A stretch of 51,879 bases of DNA, the filler included, from Catajapyx aquilonaris (Eukaryota), in NCBI GenBank assembly GCA_000934665.2. It is 3 parts of 3 records of this genome, joined end to end, with 100 filler letters (N's around TTAATTAATTAA, not from the genome) between each part and the next. Parts side by side here need not be neighbours in the genome. Positions count along the whole stretch, not along the records: positions 34,688 to 51,879 come from JYFJ02006996.1; 2 more parts are not named here. One strand, 5' to 3'. The notes under the pieces are model-generated. The model worked only from the letters and a program-made list of their open reading frames with translations. It made no database searches and was not told where the DNA came from. Made by a program: the position numbers and the translations under genes. This document shows, piece after piece, positions 35,622 through 50,104 of the stretch; the stretch's first letter is position 1, and each line of letters starts with the position of its first letter.

Positions 35622-38600
35622 TTTGACCATATTATGACAAATTAACCGGCATATTTTTCTCAATATGTATTTACACTATAACATGAGTTGTAGTCATAAA
35701 TCTCATAACATACTACATCTTAATGTGCTTACAACTGTGTAATTTACACCGTGAGTTAAATTGTAATTCTCTGTTAAATTTTTTGTGCCTGGCTTGCTGC
35801 ATTAACCTATTTAGTTTAGAAGCTGAGCAAATGCATATGCCTCTGTCATAATAAATAAAAGCGAGCAGAATCATAATGCAGGCATTTAAAATAACAAAAT
35901 TTTAACCTTAGCGTCTATTCAGTCTCGCCCAACTAAAAAACCCCCGCGAACATATAAACCAAAAAGGTAAATATGGCCAGTTGCACAGCTTGGACAAAAT
36001 TTATTCGCACATTTATTCCGTCGGGTCGTTAAGTACCGTTAATGCTAAATTCAGTATGCTGTAAAAATAATAATTTTCCTTCGTTTAATTCCATATACAT
36101 AAATGCAAAGGCCCGCCATTACATACAGGTTTTGCAATAAAAACACAAGTCCCCTGAACACCAGCAAAAATAATACCCCCCCGCCCTCTGATGCGATAGT
36201 CCACACAGGGGAGTTTGGTGGTTCGTGTTGCACAGAAAAATGGGTATTGTGCCAAAAAATTATCCCGCTATTGGTAACGGCAGCGGAAAATTAATTGCAT
36301 AATGTGTTCAGTGAGAGGAGGGGTGGCTCATTTTTTTTTATTCTTTTTTTTTTCAAAAAAAATATAGAGCTGGTTATGTCGGGGATTACAACCTAGACTA
36401 AGGTTATAATCTGGCAACATCGCCCTTAACCGGACCCGGCTAATCCCTTGCTTGGGAAGCCAGCTAAGCGCAAAAAGAGCTAATTGGAAAACAGCCCGCC
36501 CTACAAGTAGCTTTTCCGTCTTCAGAAAGAGAGGGGGGGGAAACTGATTTTCTTTGGCATCTACCGACCTATTCTATCCATTACTATAACACTAGAAAAT
36601 GGTTGGTAGGATATGGGGAATATTTGAAGCGCATAGTGTGTGCGTTAGCTGCGAATTATAACTCACATTAAGTGGTCAGCGATGCGATGTTGCGTCGTTT
36701 ATACACGTTTCGCTGTTAGGTCAACACTGGGAAGCGGCGAATGTGAAGTTTTATACCCCAATGTGTTTGGAGTTGCTGAATCAAGGCGGAAATGGACGTG
36801 CAAAATGGGGTCGGTGCGGCGAATTATAATAATTTCAGTGAACATGGCCATGTGTCAATTTATATGGTGGGTGATAAAAATATTAATTAAAAATGTATGC
36901 GAGCAAAACTGCTAGCATGACGCTAAATCAGCCATGTTATGTTCCCATAAATATATGAGCCCACATTAATAAATGTAATGAAATAATTATGCATATCATA
37001 AATTTTTACCACTGTCATTTCCGCCTCAATTTTCTGGGGGGGGGGGGTTAAATGCTGCACATAATTTATTATTGTTAGCGCCAGAAATTATGCACACGAT
37101 TAATTGCGATTTTTTTGCATTATTACAATTCGCAGTGTTACAACTAATAAGCTTCAAGCCCAGCGAAATTAATCTCGATTTTTTTTTTGATATGCGTGAG
37201 TTAATTCGCATCTTAAATCGGTATCCTGGAAGCCCATAATTCTCGGCAGGATATAGAGACCCTGAGGCCACGAGCTCTCCCAACCTTTCTAATCTCATCT
37301 AATATTCTTCTCTGAAGATCAATATGTAATATACTGTGAACTTTCGACCGTTACGATGCACTAGTATTAATTGCCGCGTAAAACCCTCGCAGTAATAACT
37401 TATACATTTGCAGCTTCTGCACCTCAAGAGAAGCGCATAAATGTAATAAGCAGTGGAAATATTATAACTGATAAATATAGTGTGTTGATAAACCTGTAAT
37501 TGCAATGTTATTTATTGATTTAACTGCTCAGACAACTTCATTATGGCTTACATGATGCTTAATGTCCGGTATTAAATGCACGCAATCAATTTGGCTGTAC
37601 TTTTTTTTGTATAAAATTATTGGTTTCATAACCTTTCCCCAGCAGATGCGCAAACCCAAAATTTTTGTTGATTTAGCAATTGAACACTGCCTGCCAAACG
37701 TCGCAATCAAATATTCATAGCGGTCACTGTAATGTTGGCTGGAGATGGACATTATAAAGTATTTACATAGAAATATCAGCAGACCTACAGTTCAGTCTGA
37801 TGCTAATTTTAATGTGAAGATAATTATAATGCATTAACCAAAGCACACGTTTTATAGTCAGAATGTTTAAAAAAAATGTCATCCCTTCAGGATCCTCGCA
37901 TAATTTATACTTTGCAAGCCAGCATTATGAAAAAGACATTTTAAAAAGTTTACTGAGACAATAATTCAAAATGTACTTTTTTTTCCCCCATACTGTCGCT
38001 CGTACATGTGGCTTGTGTATACAGTGAACACCTATTATTATATGCCTACAGTCTCCTATTAATCAGCAATATTATTAGTGCAGTACTTCCAACATTGTAG
38101 TTCATAGATTTATTTCAGAGACCATGAAGACAATGCTAATTATTTCCTGCTTCTACACATTTCAATGTTCAAGCCTGATGGATCAAAGGCTTGTTGAAGC
38201 ACCCTAAATCTGATTGGCCAGTAAAAATGTCAAGCATCACAAAAAATCGAAGCTGCTGTAATATAAGAAGTGATATACCAATGCAGCTCTCAGCATATGT
38301 TGTGGGAGGGGGATGATGGAGAAGACTGAACCCCCCCCCCCCCCAAGGGAGATATATATAGCAATTGCGCGATGCAGAAACCATCCAAGTACCTGCTCTG
38401 CTCCCCCAAATAAAGCGATCTAATTAAATGGGAAGCCTTGCAGATGCGGCCTTTATCCGATTGAACTCTAGCTTCCCCCATACTAACCAACCAACCAGGC
38501 GATACAACACATGGTTGTCCATGACATGGACTATGTGATATCCAATGTGTCAGATTTATTATAGGTTATTCCTGCAAAATTATTCGAGCGTGCAACAACA

Positions 38601-41600
38601 TTGGGCTAACCATAACAATACAGTGTTACTTCAGTTGAAAGTTGTTGGCTGGCTTAAAAACACCCATTTTTTAGTTTCAGTCAACTAGCTATGAAAGAGC
38701 AACACTAATTCGCATACTAACGTGAGTTACACTGATAATCATGCAGATTAAGGGAGCAAGTTCCAATGCATGAATATTTGCAACTTTTCTGAACAATAAA
38801 TGTGCTGAAGCCATGTAGGGCCCTAAACTAGGCTAACAGTGTGGGTGACATTCGACACCATGTTTGCCAACAGGCAAGCTGCACAGCTCTCACTCCAATC
38901 GCATAAGGTCAACACCGTCAACACTGTCCTTTTTCCCACCTATTTCCGCACCTTCTTCCTTTTGTCTCATCATCTTCTGCTGGGACTAAGTCCATAATGC
39001 GTCACAGGAACATCTGCGTACTAGGTCCATGCAATCTAGACAAGACAGGTAGCCATCCCCCCTAGAAAGAGGCGCGAAGTGGAGGTGGGCAAACCAAACA
39101 GCTGTGTTTGCACATGGAAAGACTAGGGCGTGAAAGCAGAGAGCATAATATGTACACTTTAGTATAGTAGGAAAGGGGAGATCTCAGAAGTCCCCCCCCC
39201 CCCACACCCCTCCATTTCTCTCTACCTGTTTGCCTTGCTCGTTGCTGGAATTACCTGAGTGTCACAGCCTTTGGCCAGAGGAGCTCAACTTTCCAGGGTA
39301 AAGATCTTGCAAATCCATGGTTTTGGAATATTATGGTGTCTACATGTTATGTAATTAAATAAAAGCAAGCCTGAGGATATTCCCTCAACATTTTGCCTAA
39401 CTGCATAACCAGTAAGGGTGAAAGTCGCATGCATACCATTGCACTAATCCATACCGACTCAGTAGGGATTAGTGAAAAACATGCATGCGACTTTCACCCT
39501 TATAGTTCACAGTGTTTCTCCTATAGGAACGTGTGGACACCCTGTAGGTTATATATACGATATCAAAAGGCGTCAGAGGTTAGGAAATGCGAATAAGAAG
39601 CCCAAATATGCGGGGAATAGGAAGTAAAATATACACGGGGGAGAGGAAAAGAAGTAGGCTATGCAAATGGAAGTCTCCTTGACAAAAGAACCCCAAATGA
39701 CTTTGGCTCCGACGGGGGAAAAATTAGATTCTTTTCTACGAAAAGAGGCGAGGGGGCTGAGGAAAGCATTTGTTAGGCTAAAGGCCAGGAGAAAGAAGCC
39801 CTTCAGTCTCCTTATATTCTTCTCTTACGCTCGCTTTTCTACTCGACACCGCCTTATAATCGCACTCGACGGCTCCCTAAATTATTCTTTTATTTGCAAA
39901 AAAAAAAAAAAAGCCTATAGCAACCCAGGGGGAGAAAACAGTTAAATTGTGGCACCCAGGTTGAGAATTCACAACATTTGCATATGCATCACTGTGTAGT
40001 GTATGCGCAAAGAGTGTTGGGTTGCATCATGCCAGGATGAACGAAGAATCTGAGGCGACAATCTTTTTTATCGTGATTGTACATGCAAAGAGGGTTGCAT
40101 CATGCCAGGATGAAACAAAGTCGAGGTGGAAGAGTACTTTTTTCTATTATGCTTTTTTCTCGCACTATATTTCCAACGCAACAATCGGAACCCCTGAACT
40201 CTGACATTATCCTTTGCCCGGATTATACCGCCCTAATGTGCAAGTTTGGGAAGGGGATTTAATTGCACAGGACGCCGAGCCTACATACTAAGGGATTAAG
40301 TCCTGCCTGATCCGCAAAGTGGCTCCTCACCATTAGGCTCATTTTGTCCGCACCCTATTCAACAACCACGCCCCAACAAACCCATATATATATTTTAACC
40401 CCCCCTCCCTCCCCCCCCCAAAAAAGTCTTGGTACATATACAGTACATACTCTTTACTATACCACCCCCTCAGTTTTCCAGCAGCCAAAACCAGCGAGTC
40501 AGAGGCTCTTGTTTCCACTTTTGTCTCGACGGATGAACTAATTCATTGTGCCCGCCTGGCTCTAATTAATTAATCAGCGGCCTAATGCAGGTTTCCCCCG
40601 CAATAGGGCTTTTGTCCCTGCTCCCCGCCGCCGCTGCAAAAGGCCCTAATTACCCCCCCGTTTCTGGGCAAAATCCCATGAAATGTAATGCCACCAATTG
40701 CTCTAATAGAAAGACAACACAACCGCCGAGCTATACCCCCCCCCCCTCCGGTTTTCCACCCCCTTTATATGCCCCCCCTTCATAATATACATACCCTTGT
40801 AACTATACCTGGGATAATTATAATTACTCTCTCTACCTCACACAAGCCCCCTTTTCCAGCCTATTCCCATCATCTGTCCAATCCATTACTAATTACATCT
40901 CTGCAGCACCGTATTTTCAGACCCATACCTTAATCACCTGCAGGCCCTAATGTTATTCACACTGTAATAATAATTATTAATAATAATTTTTATGGCCATT
41001 TTAGTTACTTCAACTTGGGTGTAAATAATTTGAAGAGAAAAAAAAGATGGTTGGGGGGAGCAAATCCGGGGGCGTTGAATGGTAATGGAGGTAGTAGCAG
41101 CATAAGGAAAATGAGGGGGGGGNGGGGGGGGGGCTTGGGCTTGGGCGAGGTAGCTTGAGGGCAAAGGAAACAAGAGTGTCGGTTGGGTGGTGCAAAATGC
41201 AAAAGCAACCAGAGTTCGCACAGGCGCCCAGGGGGATTTGGCGACTCTGCAGACTTTCCACGTACTATTAATCCGGATTTGCCGCCCGGCATTAAATCAC
41301 GCACACATACACTCAAAATCATAACTTTTTTTGGGGTGCTCCTATAAAAAAAATGGTGGTCGATATAAAATTTAAAAAATGGCGAATTTTAATCATTTAT
41401 TTATTTCCCGATTTTTTTGTTTACAAGCGCAGTTTATTAACCATCCATCAGCGTCTAAGTGCTGTACATTTATTATAGGTTTATACATCTATGGGCTTCG
41501 TATATTTACAGCTTTGGTGACTTCATCTGCAGAGTGATTCTCAGCTGCAGTCGTCGTTCTCTCAGGAGGTAGCACTATTACAACATTAATGTATACAGTG

Positions 41601-42678
41601 TATGTACACACTTGTCAAAAATATTTTGTCACTGGACAAAATATTTAAGTGATAGAGTGGTGCAGTTCCCAAGTTGAACAATTGGCAAGACTGATTGTTG
41701 GAATTAATAATTCATAACTTATTCCCGTATACAGCCGTCTTGAACTGAGGACTATACAGTGCTCCACCCTGTGTGTAATTTAATGGCCTGATGAAATGAA
41801 TAATTTACTTGAAATGGCAGCAGCGGTAACAGAGCAAACAACTACTGATTGTGAAAAGGAACCGTTGCACCAAACTGATCCGTTGTTATAATAACTGGTA
41901 GTTTCCATCGCACTGAACAACTAAATTCCGATAATCTCCTTTTTCGAAATAAAGAGTAGGTCGGTGTACCGCATCCAACCGATGCGCATCCGTGCTTTGA
42001 TATCATTAGGAAGATCTAAAATAATAATATGATTACAAACTAGTGTGTAAACGTAAACCTCATTCGAATAGGATTATTCAGATTAATTATGAGTGTTGAA
42101 CTAGGCATATTAAATTCGAGCGGGAAGCATAGGTTTTTGGACGGCGATAGATAAGACATTATAGTACACAGCAGGCTAATTAACTATGTTTTTTTTGGTT
42201 ACGTAAACACAGGTTTAATCCGCATACTAACAATGTAAATTGTTATCTAAAAATTGGCTGAATTTTAATCGCATTTTAGTGACAATGATAAGCGAGAACG
42301 GAACTGCTCAGTGTTGGTGCTGCTGCCTATATACCTACAGTACCCGTGACATACAGGTACAGTACAATATAAAGTGTATGCTACGATGGGGAATTTTCTA
42401 TCAGGTGAGAGACAAAATGTACACAAACGTTTTTTTTTAAATGAGCGCAACCGAGTGCTCAACACAGTTCGCGCACATTATTTCCAACACTACGCTTGAC
42501 CGACTTTTGCGACGTTGCCAAGACTCGACACGGTATATTGCGAAACTACAACAACTGGCATCATGTTGACATGTCCGTATACATGCGTAACACTACATTT
42601 CGACGTCACGTGTGTGTGTTCATAACATGTCCCGCACTGTCTGAATAAAAGCACCACGTACTCACAACCTGGGACGTT

Positions 42679-43137
42679 TTAGTCGGCGACCTCCAAGTCT
42701 GACGAGTCGCTGAGACGCCTCATCAACGAATGATGGTGGAAGGTGGATGCTGAGGAGGAATTGACCATGATTGGCGGCACCAGATGCTGAGGAACACCAG
42801 CCGAAGAGGAAGAGCAGCAGAGGGTCGATGGTGGCGGTGGGGACGGTGTGGGCGACAAAGACGTCGTTGGCGACGGAGACGAAGAACGTCGATGCAGATG
42901 GTGATGGTGGTGGTGGTGGTGGTTCTTGGCAGGTTCTTCAGGCCCAGATTCCTCCTTGGTCCCTGAAGCGACTGTTCCAGGCGATGAGTTTGGCTCGGCC
43001 ACATTAGTGCTGGTGGTGACCTGTGATGCACCTCCCAGCTCTTTGCGACCATCTTCCTCTTCCTGAAGCCTCTGCAACCGCTCCTGTTCCTCTCTCTTCT
43101 GCTTCCTCCACTTGGCCCTCCTGTTTTTGAACCACAC
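42679..43137 (-). CDS. gsc: Terminal coding exon of a goosecoid-like K50 paired-class homeobox gene (helix 3 plus C-terminal tail); upstream exons lie outside the window
   Basis: ttcccag|[27 protein letters not shown]. The K50 residue and the [11 protein letters not shown] extension resemble insect Goosecoid. Phase-0 intron just before VWF is the position typical of paired-class genes. Tail has a His run and Ser/Pro tracts. Confidence 0.85.
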   Translation of the reverse strand: MWFKNRRAKWRKQKREEQERLQRLQEEEDGRKELGGASQVTTSTNVAEPNSSPGTVASGTKEESGPEEPAKNHHHHHHHHLHRRSSSPSPTTSLSPTPSPPPPSTLCCSSSSAGVPQHLVPPIMVNSSSASTFHHHSLMRRLSDSSDLEVAD

Positions 43138-43837
43138 CTGGGAACAATCAAGTGATTGAAGATTATACCTCCCCGTAACCGCAAAATGAGCTGGCAATTA
43201 CAACAATAGGGGTGTGCACAGTCAGGCTTGAAATCAATTCAACGGCCGACACGAGTCAAGACGGCTGCTTGAAAAGAGCAAAAGTGCTGGGGGTTGGAGG
43301 ACAAAAGGCATATGCATATTGTAATATGCAATGTGGGGAAGGGAGGGAAAAGAGGCTCGCCCATCATCAGCAGGCATCATCAACACTACAATCGGGGGGC
43401 AATGGCTTTTCCTTCCTCTTAATTCCCGCCAGAGACACTTGAAGCCTCTTGGCCGTAATTGACTTCCATTCATTTCCCCCTCTTCCCCAAGTGTCACTCC
43501 CCGATGCACAACAATGCCAGCCACTTCCCAGCCGATTGTCGAGTGCAGTTTCTGCTCCGATTCAGAACTCATCGCCCCCATTTCACCCTCCCCCAACACC
43601 CCCCCCGAGGCCCCAGAGATCTGAATAAATTCCTCCAAGCCTGAGCCAACATCCTCTGATGATGGAGAGACGACCCAACTTGGCTCTCCAGGATGATGCC
43701 CTCTATGGAGTCAGCCAATCAGATCAGATGGCATAATTGCAAGTACTCAACACTGAGGGAACAACTGGCACCATTCGAAATTATTTTATAGGCAATATTG
43801 TAAGATAAAAGTAACTATTAGAATAAGCAGCTTATAT

Positions 43838-44900
43838 CTTTAAAAATTCGAGTTAAAATGGCACTCAAAAAATGAGCAATTTCGCAAAAAAATATTTGGA
43901 TAAATTTTACTCCGAAAATATTTACTTCAACTCGAATCGAGTTGATCTTATTCTCTAAAATATTGTTCACTACAAAAATTTCGAGTGAAAATGTCGCTCA
44001 AAAAATAAGATTTGAGTGAATTTTATCCGAAAAGCTTATTTTCTAAAATATTGTTCGCTACAAAAATTTCGAGTGAAAATGTCGCTCAAAAAAATAATAC
44101 TTCGAGTAAATTTTATCCGAAAAGATTTACTTTAACTTGAATCGAGTTAATTTTCTTACTCTCGAAAAATATTATCTAAAATTTCGAGCGAAAATGTCGC
44201 CCAAAAAAAAATACTTGAGTGAATTTTATCCGAAAAGAGTTACTTTAACTAGAATCGAGTTGATCTTATTCTCTAAAATATTGTTCGCTACAAAAATTTC
44301 GAGTGAAAATGTCGCTCAAAAAAAATACTTCGACTGAATTTTATCCGAAAAGATTTACTTTAACTTGAATCGAGTTTATTTTCTTACTATCTAAAAAAGG
44401 TTCTCTAAAATTTCGAGCGAAAATGTCGCTCAAAAAATAATACTTGACGGAGTGAATTTCACTTCGAAATGATTTACTTCAACTCGAATCGAGTTGATCT
44501 TCTTACTCTCAAAAATTTCGAGTGAAAAAGTCACTCAAAAATAAGCAATTTCCCTATATGTTTGAGTGAATAATTTCGCTCCGAAAAGATTTACGCTTCG
44601 ACTCTTTTAATCGAGAAAATCGGAAAAATTACTCGAAAGAAGAGTGAAAATGAGTGGGAATTACTCTTTCATTGAGGAAAATCCATTTCGCTCGATTTGA
44701 GTGGTAGTTTCACTCGAAGTGAGTGGTCATTTCGATCAAATTTGGTTGACAACCCACTCAATTTGTGTGAAAATTATTGCTCATTCTGTGTCAAGTGAGC
44801 GAATGATTTCCACTCAAATCAAGTAGGCGAAAGTGAAAAATCACTCATATCGAGTGGAAAAACAATCGAAAATTTTATTAGAATTTAATTCAAATATAAC
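43838..44900 (+). repeat. Repeat element with internal tandem units of about 80-85 bp (AAAATTTCGAGTGAAAATGTCGCTCAAAAAA...)
   Basis: Unit start recurs about 6 times; same CACTC/GAGTG-rich family as 45570-46625 and 47600-48750 (opposite orientation). Confidence 0.75.
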
Positions 44901-45569
44901 TCGATCTGCTGCCGGGGGAACGAGCTGAAGCTATTAAGCATGAACAATTGTGTATAATTACAATTGAATTATTGTAAGTTTGTCAGACCATCGATTCGAT
45001 CCCACATTTTTTTTATTAGCGGCATCATTTCGGCTCTGAATATACAGTAGGTAGAATTAATAAAATGAACAAAAATCAATCTGTGCGAATGGCTTTGAAA
45101 CAATATTAGTGCATGGACGGATATCCTAACATCCACTATCTAGCGCGAAATGTTTTTTCACATGTGAAAATGTTTTGAATTTCAACTGGTGCATATATAC
45201 CCGGTTTGGAAACACGTCATGGTAAATCATCTATGACGCAATGTTTCATTGCGCACTTCAATAATTATTAAAGGTCCTGCTGGTTGAAAGGGTTTCAAAT
45301 GATTGGCTGAAAATGCACTCAACAAATTTCCACTTATTACTGTAAAATAAAAACTGAGCACTTATTGAAATTGAAAGAAAGTACGGCCACTAAAATCTGC
45401 CTCATTGCGACTAAAAAAAATCGCACTTTGCAAATGAGCATGACTGTTCATTTCTTCCCTAACATTTGTCTAATTTTCGCAAAAATTGACTAACATTTCC
45501 GGCCAAAAACAATAAATAACTGCCCATTGTGAAAAGCGAAGCAAATTATTACTATACGGTACATTCTTA

Positions 45570-46625
45570 TCACTCTAAAAAATTTCAAGTAATTTTCAAC
45601 TCGTTTTGAGTGATTTTCACTCTTCTTTCAAGTAATATGCCACTCGATCTGAGTTAACGTAAATCATTTCCGAGGAAAATTTACTCAAAAATTTGCAAAA
45701 TTTGTTCCTTTTTCAGTGAAATCTTCACTAGGATTTTTTAAAGAGAGATACAGTTTTTGACACACAAATCTCAGTTTGCAAATGAGCACATTTATTCCCT
45801 AACATTTCTCCAAATTTCGCACAAATTGCCGAACACTTCCGGCCATCAGAATTTTGCGAAATGGCTCCTTTTTGAGTGAAATGTTCACTCGGATTTTTTT
45901 TTAGAAATACAGTTTGTGACACAAAAATTCGCACTTTGCACATTCGCAATTTCTTCCCTAATATTTCTCCGAATTTCGTAAAAATTGCCGAGCACTTCCG
46001 GTCACAAGAATTTTGCAAAATTTCTCCTTTTTGAGTGAAATTTTCACTCGGAATTTTTAAAGCGAGATACAGTTTTGACCCCCCAAAAAAATCTCAATTT
46101 TTTTTTCAAATAGTGAGCATATTTATTCCCTGATATTTCTCCAAATTTCGCACAAATTGCCGAACATAAGAATTTTACAAAATTGCTTCTTTTTGAATGA
46201 AACTTTCACTCGAAATTTTTTAAAAGAGAGACACAGCTTTGACAAAAAAAAACTCGCAGATTGCAAATGAGCACATTTCTTCCCTAATATTTCTCCAAAT
46301 GTCGCAAAAATTGCCCAACACCATAATAATTGCTCTTTTACGAGTGAAATTTTCACTCAGATTTTTTTAAACGAGAGATACCATTTTTGACACACAAATC
46401 GCAGTTTGCAAATGAGCACATTTCTTCCCTAATATTTCTCCAAATGTCGCAAAAATTGCCCAACACCATAATAATTGCTCTTTTACGAGTGAAATTTTCA
46501 CTCTGATTTTTTTTAAAAAGAGAGATACAATTTTTGACACACAAATCGCAGTTTGCAAACGAGCACATTTCTTCCCTAATATTTCTCCAAATTTCGCACA
46601 AAATTTCCGAACACTTCCGGCCATA
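45570..46625 (-). repeat. Tandem array of 145-160 bp units in a CACTC-rich repeat family
   Basis: ttgcaaatgagcacatttcttccctaatatttctccaaat variants at about 45776, 45936, 46261, 46406 and 46553. Confidence 0.8.
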
Positions 46626-47599
46626 TAACGTAATTGGTCATTGTGAAAAGCAATTTCTAATCAATCAATCAATCCGGGTTAGCAATAATTTATGTCACTG
46701 TCACATGTTACAATATGTCACATAATTTATTGATGCATATACATTCTTAAAATGTTGTATGTCACATGTGATTTTATCTGATGGTTAAAAAGTGGCATCC
46801 ACTTTGACCTTCATCTCCATCATGTCCACCTCTCCCACAGCAGCATCCCCGATGATTGGTCCTTTGCTGACACCCATATTCCGCGCTAATCAAAAGGACC
46901 GCAGATGAGCACACACCATCTTGTGTACCCTGCAGGGAGGGCTCTCTCTGGACTGTATATATGGATGCGTATATAGGAACAGTGTGCTATATGGATGGGG
47001 TGGTGGGGTGGGTGGGGGCTGACCATGATGATGGAAGCCTGGGCATATATATAGTAGTAGTAGGTGGGAGAACAAGGGAGGCATAATACAGCTGCTGGAG
47101 AGCAAAACTTTTTGCGCAAACAGCTGCAGTAGCAGCCCCAGTTAGAGCAGCAGCAGAGCCCCGGGCTAGTTTACGGGATTTTTCCATCCCGCCCCGTCTC
47201 CTATTAATAAATACAATCAATGTTCCTGAAACAATTTGAATGTTTGTTCAGCGTCCTAGCCCAGATTATTCTATTACAACGTATCAACATTAGGGGTAAT
47301 TTTGTTTGCTCTCAAAACAGGCCATTGTTTCAAGAGGATCAAAAATTCAACGCTGGATTACGAGGGCCTCTCTCTCCCATCATCGATCCGACGGGCCCCA
47401 GGCCGACCCCGAGTGGAAGTTCGTCTATAAAGGAAGGGGTGGGGAGGGGGGTGGAGGAGGGGGAGGGACTATAGAAAAGGTCCTAGAGGTACTTAGGTCC
47501 TGCGACTCACACAACTGCATAGTGTGACGTCATAACTGCAGTTTGAATGAAGCCAGTTAAATTCATCCAGACACGACTATCGTCCTATAATATTATGTC

Positions 47600-48752
47600 A
47601 CTCGGGAAAATTTTAGAGTGTTTTTCCACTCGTTTTGAGTGATTTTCACTCTTTATTCCATTTCATTTGAATCCCACTCGTTTTGAGTGAAAATTACGCC
47701 ATTTCTTAAGTCATTTTCACTCAATAGTAATCTTTTCACTCCGAATTAGTATAATCATTTCACTCAAAATGAATCATATTTTCACTCAGATGGAGTAATC
47801 ATTACACTCAAAATGAATCATATTTTCACTCAGATGGAGTAATCATTACACTCCGAATAAATAATCTTCTCACTCAGATTGAATAGGCTAATCATGTCAC
47901 TCAAAATTAGTAATCATGTCACTCAAAATTAGTAATCATTTCACTCAAAATTAGTAATCTTTTCAATTATAGATGGAGTAATCATTACACTCCGAATTAA
48001 TAATCTTCTCACTCAGATTGAATAGGCTAATCATGTCACTCAAAATGAGTACCATAATCATTTCGCTCAAAATGAGTAATCACTTCACTCAAAATGAGTA
48101 ATCACTTCGCTCAAAATAAGTAATCACTTCGCTCAAAATAAGTAATCATGTCGCTCAAAATGAGTAATCATTTCGCTCAAAATGAGTAATCATTTCGCTC
48201 AAAATGAGTAATCACTTCACTCAAAATGAGTAATCACTTCGCTCAAAATGAGTAATCATTTCGCTCAAAATGAGTAATCATTTCGCTCAAAATGAGTAAT
48301 CATTTCGCTCAAAATGAGTAATCACTTCGCTCAAAATAAGTAATCACTTCGCTCAAAATGAGTAATCACTTCGCTCAAAATAAGTAATCACTTCGCTCAA
48401 AATAAGTAATCATGTCGCTCAAAATAAGTAATCATTTCGCTCAAAATGAGTAATCATTTCACTCTGAGTTATCTTTTCACTTACATTGAATAGACTAATC
48501 ATGTCACTCAGATTGAGTAAACATTTCACTCAAATTGATTCATATTTTCACTCAAAATGAGTAATATTTTCAGTGAAATGAGTAATCAGTTCACTCACTG
48601 AAAAAGTTAGTCTCTGACCTATTCTCACTCTTCTGTGGAGTAATATTCCACTCGATTTGAGTTTCACTCAAAGTAAATCTTTGACGAGGGAAATTCACTC
48701 ATTTGCGAAATTGCTCCTTTTTGAGTGAAATGTTCACTCGAAAATTTTGAGA
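47600..48752 (-). repeat. Repeat element with a 22-bp minisatellite core (TTTCGCTCAAAATGAGTAATCA)n
   Basis: About 20 units at 47890-48460; right end ...cactcgaaaattttgagagata is the reverse complement of the start of the 43838 element. Confidence 0.85.
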
Positions 48753-50104
48753 GATATATAACAGACATGTGTTAAAATAATAAGTTCATCAAACGATTTT
48801 TTTTAAACAAATTACACAATTGCAATTCAGGCATATTAAGTACTAATTAGCTCTTAACAATTGCAGGATATATAGTGCGAGGTATAGTTACACCGCATTT
48901 TCAGCTCATTATGGGGAAAGACCGTGAAAAATAAGTGGCCAAATTGTGCACTCATTACGGAATTTAACAGCGGTTTTTGTTCTGTCCATTCTTCTGGATA
49001 TATACATATAGGGTTTTGGCTGCTGGGAAAAAAGCCGTGCCCCACACACACTGACACACACACATATTTGGGCGTATATTTACCCAGCCAATCAAACCCT
49101 CGTGTTGCAACCTGCGCATTAGGCCGTAATGAGACATCAACTTGCGATCTCATGTAAACAAGGCGTGGCAACAGTCATTGCCCAAAATTGCCAATCATTT
49201 TCAATAAGATGTTTCTTTCCGAGCCAAACTATTACTTTGTCGAGTGTATAATGTTACCTTAATTTATTTTTTTTACCCCCCTCAAAGTAATGTGTAATTC
49301 ATAAAGGGCTTGATGATGTAATCAAACTACTCTTATGATACAGAGCTAATAACAGGTGCACAGCACAGCTCCCTCGTAATTATTAGTTATATGCAACCAA
49401 TCGGATGCGCCTAATAAATTTTTCAGGCCCAATAAAGGGGATTCCCAGCTCTCTATTTGAACTTTTTTTTGTGTGTGGCCAAAATGCACTTTTCCTCTCT
49501 CTGAACACATATGAGTGCATACACAATATAGGTTGTGGTATGCTCGCCTTATTTAACTTTATTCTCCCCTCCCCCTCCCCCCCCCCCACAAAAAAAAATT
49601 ATGGTGTTGCTATGTTGCTTTACTGAAGCGTTTTCCCTCGGCCGAAAAAGCAAACGAGAAATGTAAATTTTTCGGCCTAACATTAGAGAGAATCGCGTGG
49701 AAACAAAAGGGTTTGTTTGAGAGACTGCACTTATTAGGGTAATGCTTATATTTTCCAAAATGCGAGCCCCCACCCCCCACCCCCGCCGCCGCCACATTTT
49801 TTTAAAAAAAATTTTGCTGGGAGGAAAAATATAACGTTAAGTTAGCATGAAAGGCCTTTTATTGTCCATTAGAGTGTAAATTGTGTTTTCATGCGTTGGT
49901 TAAAGTCGTGTACTTGCTGCGTAATTTCAATGCATGACCGAATCTTGGGGTTTTTGGGAATGGCCGAAAGTATGTAATAATGCAAAAAAATAATAATAAT
50001 AAGTTATTGGCTCATTACTTGGTCTGTACAAATTAACATTTTGTTGCTTAACATGTATGCATCAATGCATCATGATCACTAATGAAAGTGCAGAATGTAA
50101 CTAT

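Noticed and set aside
43138..43197. ORF-track N-terminus MPAHFAVTG... of the homeobox ORF
   Set aside because: Intronic; a splice acceptor precedes VWFKNRR and helices 1-2 of the homeodomain are absent
45728..46624. Repetitive Cys/Lys-rich ORFs
   Set aside because: Translations of the non-coding tandem array; frames are not maintained between units
47890..48460. CRISPR-like array of short repeats
   Set aside because: The 22-bp units are directly adjacent with no unique spacers, there are no cas genes, and the context is eukaryotic; it is a minisatellite
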